NCBI RefSeq assembly: GCF_006345805.1 | Contig: NC_042998.1 | Location: forward strand, 196,602,001-196,666,000 | DNA from: Octopus sinensis | Lineage: Eukaryota | Direction: 5' to 3' | Length of the DNA: 64,000 nt | Shown: one piece after another, positions 50,582 through 62,446 of the stretch | How positions within the stretch are numbered: the stretch's first letter is position 1 | How the letters are laid out: the number at the start of each line of letters is the position of its first letter | Made by a program: the position numbers and the translations under genes | The notes under the pieces: generated by a model | Told to the model about the DNA's origin: nothing | Database searches by the model: none | What the model saw: the letters and a program-made list of their open reading frames with translations, nothing else

Positions 50582-50629
50582 CATTTTCTGTTAAAATGTA
50601 TTATTGACGAGTTTCATTTCTTCACTTCC
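50582..50629 (-). CDS. Putative start-codon exon (5' UTR plus ATG at 50584-50582)
   Basis: Acceptor tcttctcttcag|GG; the exon ends CAGAAAATG|gtaact. The in-frame TAA just upstream defines the start, and the phase-0 end fits U6-A. Confidence 0.58.
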
Positions 50630-50745
50630 CTGAAGAGAAGATTACATTGTTTTACACCATTTTATTCCTTTGGAATAATACCAGTGATATCTTCGAAACA
50701 TGTGTCGGAAGTAAAAGAATTTGAATAACACCTGTGTTTAGCTCC

Positions 50746-50809
<64 letters not shown>

Positions 50810-51098
50810 GTATGTATGCATGTAGAAGGTTGAAAAGAAACACACAAGTTGATATGTATAAGGAAAAGTCAGGTAGAAAATGCTAAAATAATTTATCATG
50901 AAGAACATTTTCTACCTTGACCTTTTCCTTATATATATATATATATCTAGTAAACAGAGTTAACAGTTATAGTAATTGACTAAAGTTATGTCACCTATTT
51001 TGTTATGTCATGTTTTGTATTAAAATATAAGCTATAAATGTGGTCCAGTCGATGTGTTTGTTAATCTGAGGTTTTCTCCATTATCTGATTATTTACAT

Positions 51099-51130
<32 letters not shown>

Positions 51131-51359
51131 AAGTTGGCCAAAACTCACCCGATAGTAAATCAAAATACCATAAATACTCTCTGCTGTAATTCTGTATTGA
51201 CTCGAATGGGAAAATGTGTCGCTCAAGAAGGACTTCAGTTTGAACAGTTTTTCATGATGTTTCAGAATTAAACACTTTTATTAAATTCATTCAGTTGTTA
51301 ATCATAAATAAATCTTGGAATTAAATGGTTTGGGTTTAATGTCAGGTAGCTTTTGGCCA

Positions 51360-51394
<35 letters not shown>

Positions 51395-51890
51395 GTGCGA
51401 GAGATTTTTTTATATGGCGCTGTGTTTACAATCCTGTAAATAATAATAATTGTATTTTTATATAAGCTTAAAGCTTATGGCAATCACTGTGCAATGACTA
51501 AGGAAAATAGTCTAATAAAGGGGCATATAAGCCCCCGACAGAAAAAAGAAGGCTTTCCTATTTGCTTGGGAGTCGAACCCACATCCCTTTGCTAATGTGA
51601 CTAAGTGTGTTAACTTTACACCAGCGAATCAGCCTCCCCCTTTTCCTGTCAAATTTAAGAACTGAAAGCAAGTAGAAGGATTGTTTACATATAAATAAAT
51701 AACAAACACAAACTATTATAGTTCTTAAATTTGACAAGAAAAAGGAGGTTGATAAAGAGATGTGGGTTCAACCCCCACGCGGTTAAGAAAGCCTTCTTCT
51801 TTCTGTTGAGGGGTTATATGCCCCTGTATTGGACTGTTTTCCTTTGTCATTGCAAGGCGATCACCATAAGCTTTAACATATATAAAAATA

Positions 51891-51952
<62 letters not shown>

Positions 51953-52101
51953 GAATTCACTGGCACCCATCGTTGACCCTATCACATCACCGACTCCTTT
52001 ACTTGCGTTTCTACCAAAAGCAACCCCACCCTTGCTTTCCCCACTCTCCCAGCATCGGTTGTCAAGTGATGTTAGGGGGACAAACACAGACACACAATCA
52101 T

Positions 52102-52134
<33 letters not shown>

Positions 52135-54023
52135 CGATGGGCTTCTTTCAGTTTCTGTCTACCAAATCCACTCACAAGGCTTTGGTCGGCCCAAGGCTAT
52201 AGTAGAAGACACTTGCCCAAGGTGCCACACAGTGGGACTGAACCCGGAACCATGTAGTTGGTAAGCAGGCTACTTATCACACAGCCACTCCTACACCTAT
52301 GAAACCTGGAGAGTACATCAGCTGAAACGTTGTGGTAACAACAAACAAGGTGAGGACACCTATCTGTCCAATGTAAACAATGAAACTTCAAGCATGAATT
52401 ACTCATTGGTTGGAAATCCAGGGGAATGCCACGCCAAGCACAAGTACAAATCATCATCATCTTCATCATTTAATGTCCGCTTTCCATGCTAGCATGGGTT
52501 GGACACTTTGACTGAGGTCTGGTAAAACTAGTGGCTGCACCAGGCTCCAATATGATCTGGCAGAGTTTCTACAGCTGGATGCCCTTCCTAACGCCAACCA
52601 CTCCGAGAGTGTAATGGATGCTTTTATGTGCCACCGGCACGAGGGCCAGTTTGGTGGTACTGGCAACGGCCATGCCCAAATGATGCTTTTTACGTGCCAC
52701 CTGCACAGGAGCCAGTCCAGCAACACTGGCGACGACCTTGCTCGAATGTTTCACGTGCCACCAACACAAGTGCTAGTAAGGCGATGCAGGTAACGATCAC
52801 GCTCGAATGGTGTGTTCAACCTGCCATCAGCACGAAGGCCAACTTGTTGCTCTGGCAACGATCTCACTTGTATGGTACTCTTAGCACTCCACTAGCAACG
52901 GATGCCAGTCACCACATTTGATTTCGACTTCGATTTTTAAATACTATTTATATTTCACATCAAGCACACCTCCACCCCACTTCATCATTCACTACCTTCA
53001 TCTCCATCTGTTACTCTCCCCTCAGTCCTAAACCCCCCACCTAACCCATCCTTTCTTTCCCCAACCCACTGTCCATACCCTCACTTCCTTCTTGAGGCTT
53101 TGCTCTGGTACCCCATCACTATCATCTTACTTTCTTCCTAGATACACCCACCTACCCTTATATAATGCAGGGTAGCCATGTATTTTTTGCTATACCAAGA
53201 CACCTGCACATGTCCTTCTGGCCCAGTTTGACCTCACCACACCTGGCATAAAGCACCTTCCAAAATACTCACCCACCATGTCAAAGGAGCTTTTTCCTTT
53301 TCTCGTCCTTTCACCTATCTTGCAAGTCACCAGTCAACCTCAGTAGTTTCTGGTGGCCAGTCCTCACTGTAAAGTGGTTGGCATTTGGAAGGAAAACCAG
53401 CTGTAGAAACCCTGACAAAGCAGACATCAGAACTTGATGCAGCCCTGCAGTTCACTGGATCCTGGCAAACCACCCTTGCTATCAAGGAAAACAGACATTA
53501 ATTGGTTACGATGATGATAATATATGTTTACACACACACACACCTTATATACTGGTATCAAATTTTGACACTAGTCCAGCAATTTCAGGGGTGATACAAG
53601 TAGATTACATGAACCCCCTGTGCTCATCTGGTACTTATTTTATCGACCCTGAAAGACTGAAAGGCAAAGTCGACCTTGGGGGGAATTTGAACTCAGAATG
53701 TAAAGACGGACGAATTGCCCCTCAGCATTTTGCCCAGCATGCTAACGACTCTGCCAGCTCACTGCCTTATACATACCTTATATATATATTTCTTTATTGA
53801 CCACAGGGGGCTAAACAAGGACAGCCAAAGGGATTAAGTCGATTACATTGACCCCAGTGCATAACTGGTATTTATTTAATCGACCCTGAAAGGATGAAAG
53901 GCAAAGTCGACTTCGGCGGAATTTGAACTCAGAACGTGACGGCAGACGAAATACGGCTACGCATTTCGCCCGGCGTGCTAACATTTCTGCCAGCTCGCTG
54001 CCTTATACATACATACCTTATAT

Positions 54024-54224
54024 CAGTGATTTTCAACCAGGGTTCCGCCAGTACAGTCCAGGGGTTCCGCAAGAAGTTACAAAACTGCTAAAATCGGCAG
54101 TAATTTTTAATTCTCCTGTGCAGATATGTGTGCATAAGACTATTAACTTATTGCACAGGGGTTCCTCGAGCCAGTGGAATGTTTCCTTGGGGTTCCGCTC
54201 CAGCAAAAAGTTTGAAAAGCACTG
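54024..54224. mobile_element. hAT-type MITE
   Basis: cagtgattttcaa / ttgaaaagcactg termini with an 8-bp TSD ccttatat. Confidence 0.82.
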
Positions 54225-54539
54225 CCTTATATATTATGTAGTGATAGTGTTTCAGTTTATGGGTCAAGGGAGATTACTCTCAGTGTTGATTAAAATGTTT
54301 TTTTCTGTTAGGAATATTTGATATGTTACGGAATTAGGTCCCTTTTTATCACCAGCCACCGACTTTCCCTTCTTTCCCACACCTACAGTCCACTCTCACA
54401 CCCCATAGTGCTCAAGTTTTCAAATATTATTAATGTATTTGCAGCCAAATCACGCATAATACCCTAAAGGATACTTTCACATAACTCATCAAAGAGAAGG
54501 CCTCTCTCCAAATGGTTTATAATATTCTCATACAGGCGA

Positions 54540-54872
54540 GTGAAGGCGCATGGCTCAGTGGTTAGAGCGTCGAACTTACGATCGTGAGGTTGGGAGTTCG
54601 AATCCCGGTCCAGGCTGTGTGTTGTTTTCTTGAGCTAGACACTTTATTTCACATTGCTCCAGTTCACTCAGTTGTGGAAATGACTTGCGATGTCACTGGT
54701 GCCAAGCTGTATCGGCCCCTTTGCCTTTCCTTTGGATAACATCAGTGGTGTGTAGAGGGTGGTATACATGGGCGACTGCTGGTCTTCCATAAACAGCCTT
54801 GCCCGGACGTGTGCCTCGGAGGGTAATTTTCTAGGTGCAATCCCATGGGCATTCGTGACCGAAGGGGGTCTC
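54540..54872 (+). mobile_element. tRNA-headed SINE (further family)
   Basis: ggcgcatggctcagtggttagagcg...gggagttcgaatccc head fused to a body whose 3' part recurs at about 4370-4480. Confidence 0.7.
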
Positions 54873-57049
54873 CGATATACAGGCACAAACAGAATATCTT
54901 AAATACAGTATTTTGAGACATGGAGGTTATTAAGTGTATATTTTTATATGAGAGAAATGAGGGAAGGCTGAATGGGGAACTACACTGAGCTGGGTGTGTA
55001 AATCAGTAGTTCTGGAACAGGATCAATATGGGAGTCCATTTAACCCTTGGCCTACATGACACTTGGGGGTACATATAAGATTTTGTTAAAGCTTATAATC
55101 TCTCTTTTACTCTCTTACTTGTTTCAGTCATGTGACTGTGGCCATGCTAGAGCACTGCCTTTAGTCGAGTAAATCGACCCCAGGACTTATTCTTTGTAAG
55201 CCTAGTACTTATTCTATCGGTCTCTTTTGCCTAACCGCTAAGTTACAGGAACGTAAACACACCAGCATCGGTTGTCAAGACACACACACATATATATGAT
55301 GGGCTTCTTTCAGTTTCCGTCTACCAAATCCACTCACAAGGCCTTGGTTGGCCCAAAGCTATAGTAGAAGACACTTGCCAAAGGTGCAACGCACTGGGAC
55401 TTAACCGGAACTATGTGGTTGGTAAGCAAGCTACTTACCACACAGCCACTCCTGTGCCTTATGAGCAATAAATTAGTTAATCTTCTTCAATGCACAAAAC
55501 AGTTCAACAATTTTTTTATACAATTCCTTATAATACCGAATTATGAAAATATATCAGGATTGTTAATCATTGGCCGACATGCTGTGCTTGAGGAGACCTA
55601 TTGAGTCAAGTAAATCAAAATCAAAATGAAATAGAAATTGTAGTTGTGGCCTGACTGGCGCCCATACTGGTGGTATGCAATAAGCACCATGCATGTGTGG
55701 GGGTCATTACCAGTGCTGTGTGACTAGCTCCACGTGCCAGTGGCACATAAAAATCACCATCCGAATGTGGTTGATGCATGCCCCCCGCCCTGACTGGTTC
55801 CTGTGCTGGTGGCACATAAAAAGCATCACCCAAACATGGTCGATGTCAGTGCCACCACCTGACTGGCTCCCATGCTGGTGGCATATAAAAAGCACCCTTT
55901 ACACTCTCGGAGTCTTTGGCATTAGGAAGGGCCTCAAGCTGTAGAAACTTTGCCAGATCAGATTGAGCCTGGTCCAGCCTCGTGGCTTGCCAGTCCCTAG
56001 TCAAGCCATCCAACCCATGCCAGCATGATGATGATGATGGGTCCATCTGAGTAAAAAAGAAACCAAAGGGATCCAAAGGCAAAAAATGGTTGAGAACCAC
56101 TGACATAAGGATACTGGTGGGATTGGAACCTCTACAGTTGTTTTTTTACACTGAGTGGGCCCCATTGTAGAATGCCTATGATCAAAACTTCCAGCTGTGA
56201 TCACCTGTTGTGTAGATATTGGAAAACTGAAAATTTCACAAGGACTTGTAGTTTTATACTATGTTGTTGTAATCCTTGCAACTAGGATTTCTGGCCAATA
56301 TGAAACTCTATGCCCCTGTGAAGTATTGTAATAAGTGCCATCATATGTATGTATGTTCCCTTCTCTTTTTCCTCATCATCATTTAATGCCTGTTTTCCAT
56401 ACTGGTGGGGTAAGATGGTTTGACTTGAACTGGAAAGCCAGAGAGCTGAACCAGGCTCCAGTCTGGGCTTGGTTTCAACAGTTGGATGCCCTTCATAACA
56501 CCAACCACACCAAGAGTGTAGTGGGTTCCTCTTATGTGTCACCGAAACAGGTACCTATTTCTTTACTGCCCACAAGGGGCTAAACACAGAGAGGACAAAC
56601 AAGGACAGGCAAACGGATTAAGTCGATTACATCGACCCCAGTGCATAACTGGTACTTAATTTATCGACCCCGAAAGGATGAAAGGCAAAGTCGACCTCGG
56701 CGGAATTTGAACTTAGAACGTAACGACAGACAAAATACCGCTAAGCATTTCGCCTGGCGTGCTAATGATTCTGCCAGGTCACCGCCTTCGCACAGGTACC
56801 ATTCCTCTGTTACCTTCACAGGTGCCTTTTACATGTCACTACCACCGTCCATGATTACGATTTCACTTGGTCTGACAAGTCTTCTCAAGCACAGCAAATT
56901 GGAAAAGGTTTCAATCATTTGTCATTGCTTCTGTGAAACCCGACAACCTAAGATCATGTTTCACCACCTCATCTCATGTCTTCCTAAGTCTACCTCTTCC
57001 ACAGTTAGGGACCAGCACTTTTTGACACAGCTGTCCTCAACCACATGCA

Positions 57050-57810
57050 TCACATAATCTTACCAGTGTAGTCTTCTCTCTTGCACACATCTGATGCTTT
57101 TATGCCCAATTTTTCTCTCAAGACGCTTACACTGTTGTACATGCGCACATTGCATATCCACTGAAGCATACCAGCTTCATTTCTTTCAAGCTTATGCATG
57201 TTTTCTGCAGTCACAGTCCACGTTTCATTGCCATGCAGCATAGCTGTTCGTACACAGGCATCATACAATCTGCCTTTCACTCTAAGGGAGAGGACCTCTG
57301 TTACCAACAAAGGTAGAAGCTCTCTGAACTTTGCCCAGCTTATTCTTGCAGCTACACTCTTGGAGCATTCCCCTCCACTGCTGACTTGCTCACTTAGGTA
57401 ATCGAAGCTATTAACTACTTCTAAGTATCCTCCCAGACAATTGAGGAACTCTATTTTCCTGTGTTTATTGTACCTCTACATCTTCCATACACGAAGACTA
57501 TTTTATCCGTTAACCTTCCTCTGATATTGCTGCACCCCTTATTCATCTATAGCTTGCACTGGGTACACCTTATCGAGTTTCTACCTACAGCTTTTCTACA
57601 TACTGAGCAGGGTCATCACCCCAAAGGGATTTGGAATTTGTCCGCTTTCCTACTTACTAAGACTTTGGTCTTTGCTAAACTAACTCTAAGACCTTTTGAT
57701 ACCAGACCTTGCTTCTGCACCTGAAATTTCTTCACTGGTTCTGGTAGTGATTTAGCTACGAGAACAAGATCGTCAGCACTGAGGAGCTCCCAGGGGTAGC
57801 CTGACTGAAA
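57050..57810 (-). mobile_element. Decayed RTE LINE fragment
   Basis: WELLSADDLVL and RTAMLHGNETWTV motifs in minus-strand ORFs. Confidence 0.85.
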
Positions 57811-58799
57811 TGACATTTGTACATTACTGCATATGCTTTATACGCACTTTTGACAAGTTGTGGTGCACCTGAGCACTGTATACAATAATTTCATTATTAT
57901 TATTATTTTAAATACATGTGTGAATGAGTGCAGTGTGTGTGTGTGTGTGTGTTTCCTTGTTTTGACATCAAGTGATAGTTGTAAATGATAAATGAGTATA
58001 TGAGTGTCATACAAGTATTGTTTTTCGTTTCCAATGTTCTGCAAAAACATGTCTGGCCATGGGGGAATATTACCTTGCCTAGAAATAGTGAGTGTGGGTG
58101 ACAGCATGGTCATCAAACAGTAGAAAATCTCTCTTAATAAACTTAATGTTATGTCATGTAAGCAGGGAAAAGCAGACATTCTTTTCTACTCTAGGTATAA
58201 GGCCTGAAATTTTGGGGGAGGAGGGGGCAGTCGATTGACCCCTGTACACAACTGGTACTTAATTCATCGACCCTGAAAGGATGAAAGGCAAAGTCGACCT
58301 CGGTGGAATTTGAACTCAGAACGTAGCAGCAGACTAAATACCTATTTCTTTATTACCCACAAGGGGCTAAACATAGATGGGACAAACGGATTAAGTCGAT
58401 TACATCGACCCCAGTGCATAACTGGTACTTAATTTATCGACCCTGAAAGGATGAAAGGCAAAGTCAACCTCAGCGGAATTTGAACTCAGAATGTAATGGC
58501 AGATGAAATACCGCTAAGCATTTCACCCGGCATGCTAACGATTCTGCTAGCTTGCCACCTTTAAAATTAGGGATAAGCACATATTAAAACAATGATGATG
58601 ATATGTAGACACACATGAACAGAAGCCTCGTAAACATCCTCTGATGGTTAAATGCTGTTTGTCTTTCATCACGATTGAAGCTTGTAATGTTCAGTAGGAT
58701 ATGTGAGAGGTAAAATATTAGGATGTCCAATTGCATGAAATAAAGTCAGAGGGGGACGGGATAAACTACCTGTATCAACTTGCTATAAAAACAGGTGGT

Positions 58800-59260
58800 A
58801 ATTTTACTTTGTGCTTATTCTTAGTGCAAGTTTTGAAGAGTGTAATTCGATTTTAACAGTTATTTTTTCAAAGCTATAACGGAAGTGACAAAGGAGCATA
58901 TTTTGCTTTATGAGTTCAATAAAGGCAACAATGCAATGGAAAGTGAGAGGAATATTAATGCAGTATATGGGGATCGAACAATAAGTGTAAGCCAGTGTCA
59001 ACAGTGGTTCCAGAAATTTAGAGCTGGAAACTACAGCCTAGAAGACAAGCCTCATTCTGGAAGATCTGTAGAGCTCAATGAGGAAGTCCTGCAAACCCTG
59101 GTGGAACAAGATCCCATCATAACTGTTGAGGAACTAGCGGAGAAGCTTGGATTTAGTCATTCAACCATTCATTGACACCTGTGTGCCATTGGAAAAGTCA
59201 GCAAATTGGGTCAATAGAATCCTCACAAACTTTCTGAGTCTAATTGCAAGACAAGGCTCC
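58800..59260 (+). mobile_element. Mariner transposase 5' remnant (HTH region)
   Basis: ORF 58885..59175 LLYEFNKG...WFQKFRAGNYSLEDKPHSGR...TVEELAEKLG is a mariner N-terminal DNA-binding region, interrupted by stops. Confidence 0.85.
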
Positions 59261-60589
59261 ACAACTGAGTGGTGAGCAGTATTGAGGGAAGTTGCTTTTT
59301 ACCTGGTAACGAGAAGTTTGATAAATGAACAGGAACAGGTGTCTTGCTGTAGGGGAGACACACCATTAACCCAATTGCAAAAGAGAGACGTGTTACAGGA
59401 AGGTGAATATAAGTGAAGTGAGACAGAGGATTGAACAGGGTGAGTTTTACTTGTTTGATTATGTATGTAACTAACTTGGACCGTTGCAAGACATTTTCAG
59501 CATTTCAACAGCTACATTTGACAGAGATGTTACTTCTCTCAATTTCATACTTTTAATGGCATTTTGATGATGCCACTGTCCATTTCATTAACTATTGGGT
59601 TGGTGCATAATTACTGCGTCACCTTACTAGCACTTGTGCTGGTGGCACGTGAAACATTCAAGCAAGTCCTTGCCAGTGCTGCTGGACTGGCTCCTGTGCA
59701 GGTGGCACGTAAAAAGCACCGTTTGGGCATGGCTGTTGCCAGTACCACCAAACTGGCCCTCATGCCAGTGGCACGTAAAAGCACCCACTACACTCTCGGA
59801 GTGGTTGACGTTAGGAAGGGCATCCAGCCGTAGACACTATGCCAGATCAGATTGGAGTCTGGTTCGCCAGACCTCAGTCAAATCGTCCAACCCATGCTAG
59901 CATGGAAAGCGGACGTTAAATGATTAAATGATGATGCTCATCTGAAAGTCCTATAGCACCACCATGTTATCTTATGTTTCACTGCTCCAGCATGACAATG
60001 GTCTCTAGCTTTCAACAGATTGTATTGTGAAAACTCCCTGTTGTCCTCTGTGGCCCTGGGTTATCTATCTCCATCTTCTCCTGATGCACATATAAAAAAA
60101 AATTGAGAATAATCAAAAACATGTCTTCTAGAGAAGGAGAGTGTGGTAGGGCATCCAGCTGTAGAAACATTGCCAGATTGGATCGGAGTCTGGTGCAGCC
60201 TTCTGGTTTGCCAGTCCTCAGTCAAACCATCCAACTCATGCCAGCATGGAAAGCGGATGAGGATGATGTATTTATTAGAAGAATGTTAGGATGTCTCACT
60301 TACCACACTCTCCTTCTGTAGAATATCTTTTGCATTTCAATGTTTATTTGCCCTCGTTGCCAGTACCGCCTGACTGGCCCCTGTGCCGGTGGCACGTAAA
60401 AAGCACCCACTACACTCTCAGAGTGGTTGGCGTTAGGAAGGGCATCAAGCTGTAGAAACTCTGCCAAATCAAGATTGGAGCCTGGTGCAGCCATCTGGTT
60501 CGCCAGCCCTCAGTCAAAATCGTCCAACCCATGCTAGCATGGAAAGCGGACGTTAAACAATGATGATGATGATGAATTCTATTTCTAAA

Positions 60590-60840
60590 GCCATTCCCCA
60601 ATAACTAATGTTGAGGGGTATATTCTGCACTGGGGAAGGAGGTAGCATTTACAGCCTTCCAGTCATGCCATTTCCTGCTGAGAATGAAATCTTTGTGGCT
60701 CTGTTTGAAAGGTGAATTAAATGGCCGACTGCTTTCTTTAGGTTTGTGTTGCAGTTGTAGGCTGTTAGTTCATTTACATCACAGAACTCTATGAGACTTG
60801 ATTCCAACTCATTCCCACAATCGTAACCATAGCCACCATG
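60590..60840 (-). mobile_element. RTE LINE endonuclease-region remnant
   Basis: Minus-strand translation GYGYDCGNELESSLIEFCDVNELTAYNCNTNLKK resembles the APE domain G..N..G..LLEFC..N.L...NT.F motif. Confidence 0.55.
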
Positions 60841-62446
60841 TATTCTGCAGCAGCCACTGTAGTGCTGCTACGTAACATGCATATTGAGAATTCAAGAAAA
60901 TAATGTAACCATAGGCACAGTGGCTGTGTGGTAAGAAGCTTGCTTCACAACCACATGGTTCCTGGTTCAGTCCCACTGCATGGCATCTTGGGCAAGTGCC
61001 TTCTATTATAGCCTCAGACTAACCAAAGTCTTGTGAGTGGATATATGTATATGTGTGTATTTGTGTGTCTCTGTTTGTCACCGCACCATCGCTTGACAGC
61101 CAATGTTGGTGTGTTTATGTCCCCGTCATTTAGCAGTTTGGCAAAAGAGACCGATAGAATAAGTACCAGGCTTGCAAAGAATAAGTTCTGGTGTCGATTA
61201 GTTCAATTAAAGGCAGAGCTCCAGCATGGCTGCAGTCAAATGACTGAAATGAATAAAAGAATAACATTTATAATTAGCCTTCCAGTAGAGGGCAAATTGC
61301 ATCTGTGGCTGAAAACTAAGGAGAGCTAAATAGCATGACTGTAATACATCTATAATGACTGTATGCCCTGGTGATGTTTGGTGAGAGGTTAAGGATGGAT
61401 GAGAATTAATTCTGTAATGCAATCATTCTATTGTTCCAGTCCCAAGTTGAATTCCAACTGTTGGTCAATTTGTTCCAAATTTCTTATCTTGATGTAAAAT
61501 TAACAAAGTGAATATCATTTATCTCCCTCTTGATTTCTGACATCATCTGACAAACACCAACCAAGATGGCACGAATCAGCCACACTTTACCTGCAAGAAA
61601 CAGCAACCCAAATTCTTTTAAATCAGATCTCAATGCTGGATGTTCAAGAACCAAATGAAGGGCAGATTTTCAATCCTGGGATCATCCTGATTCCAAAAAG
61701 GTATAATATGTCAATACAGAACAAATGTTGACTGAGATAGAGTGGTCCCAGACAGACATAATTTCACTTTTATGGTTATAGATTGAAGGCATGTGGCTAA
61801 GTGGCTATGGTGTTGCACCCATGATCTTGCAATCATGGTTTCTATTCTCAGACCAGGCAGTGCGTTGTGTTCTTGAGTTACACATTTCATGTTCACTCCA
61901 GGTGTAAATGAATAAGCCTGGCATCCTGTCCAGGGGTTAACGTTGTGGCTTCAGTCACTTGTATGCCCAGGAAACTAAGTAACCGGCCCAAAGGATTCTA
62001 GGGTTAAAGACATCAACATCCAAGAGTTGGTGATGATTTATCATTAACCCTTTCATTACTGTTATCTATTTTGAGATGCTCTGTATTTCTTCCAATTATT
62101 TTAAATCATCATCATCGTTTAGCATCCACTTTCCATGCTAGCATGGGTTGGACGGTTGAACTGGGGTCTGGGAAGCCAGAAGGCTGCACCAGGCCCAGTC
62201 TGATCTGACAGTGTTTCTACGGCTGGATGCCCTTCCTAACGCCAACCACTCTGTGAGTGTAGTGGGTGCTTTTACATGCCAGACGAGGCTGGCAAACGGC
62301 CACGATCGGATGGTGCTTTTTACATGCCACCGGCACAGGGGCCAGGCGAGGCTGGCAATGGCCACGAACGGATGGTGCTTTTTACGTGCCACCGGCACGA
62401 GGCCAGTTGGGGTGGCGCTGGCAACGGCCACGTTCGGATGGTTCTC

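Larger units (their letters stand above)
1266..50629 (-). other. CEP57: CEP57/translokin-like gene model: 22 exons in window, 3' end beyond the left edge, with a six-fold tandemly amplified N-terminal exon module
   Basis: Manual splicing of GT-AG exons gives a phase-consistent 2511-nt chain. The C-terminal exons give LQDLFAQLQREFCQLTWKHQNLTKLYNETCESQLHKDLETEIDNLVDLMETKAKQMVKIRK, matching the CEP57 microtubule-binding domain as I recall it (LSEVLQTLQDEFGQMSFDHQQLAKLIQES...LECELEALVGRMEAKANQITKVRK). The core exons give SRCVLLKKNLEQLRQL...LEREILQLSIIQNVAE-QRIKLLEQAL, matching the CEP57 centrosome-localisation coiled coil. Orthologue versus paralogue status is unresolved. Confidence 0.85.

Noticed and set aside
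54540-54620. tRNA gene
   Set aside because: The A/B boxes continue into a SINE body without a complete acceptor stem; the same applies to the other tRNA-like heads.
61430-61700. Minus-strand cag|gtaaag donor and a short open frame as a candidate upstream exon
   Set aside because: No convincing acceptor, and the frame is closed by TGA; the downstream peptide looks more like a decayed transposase fragment.
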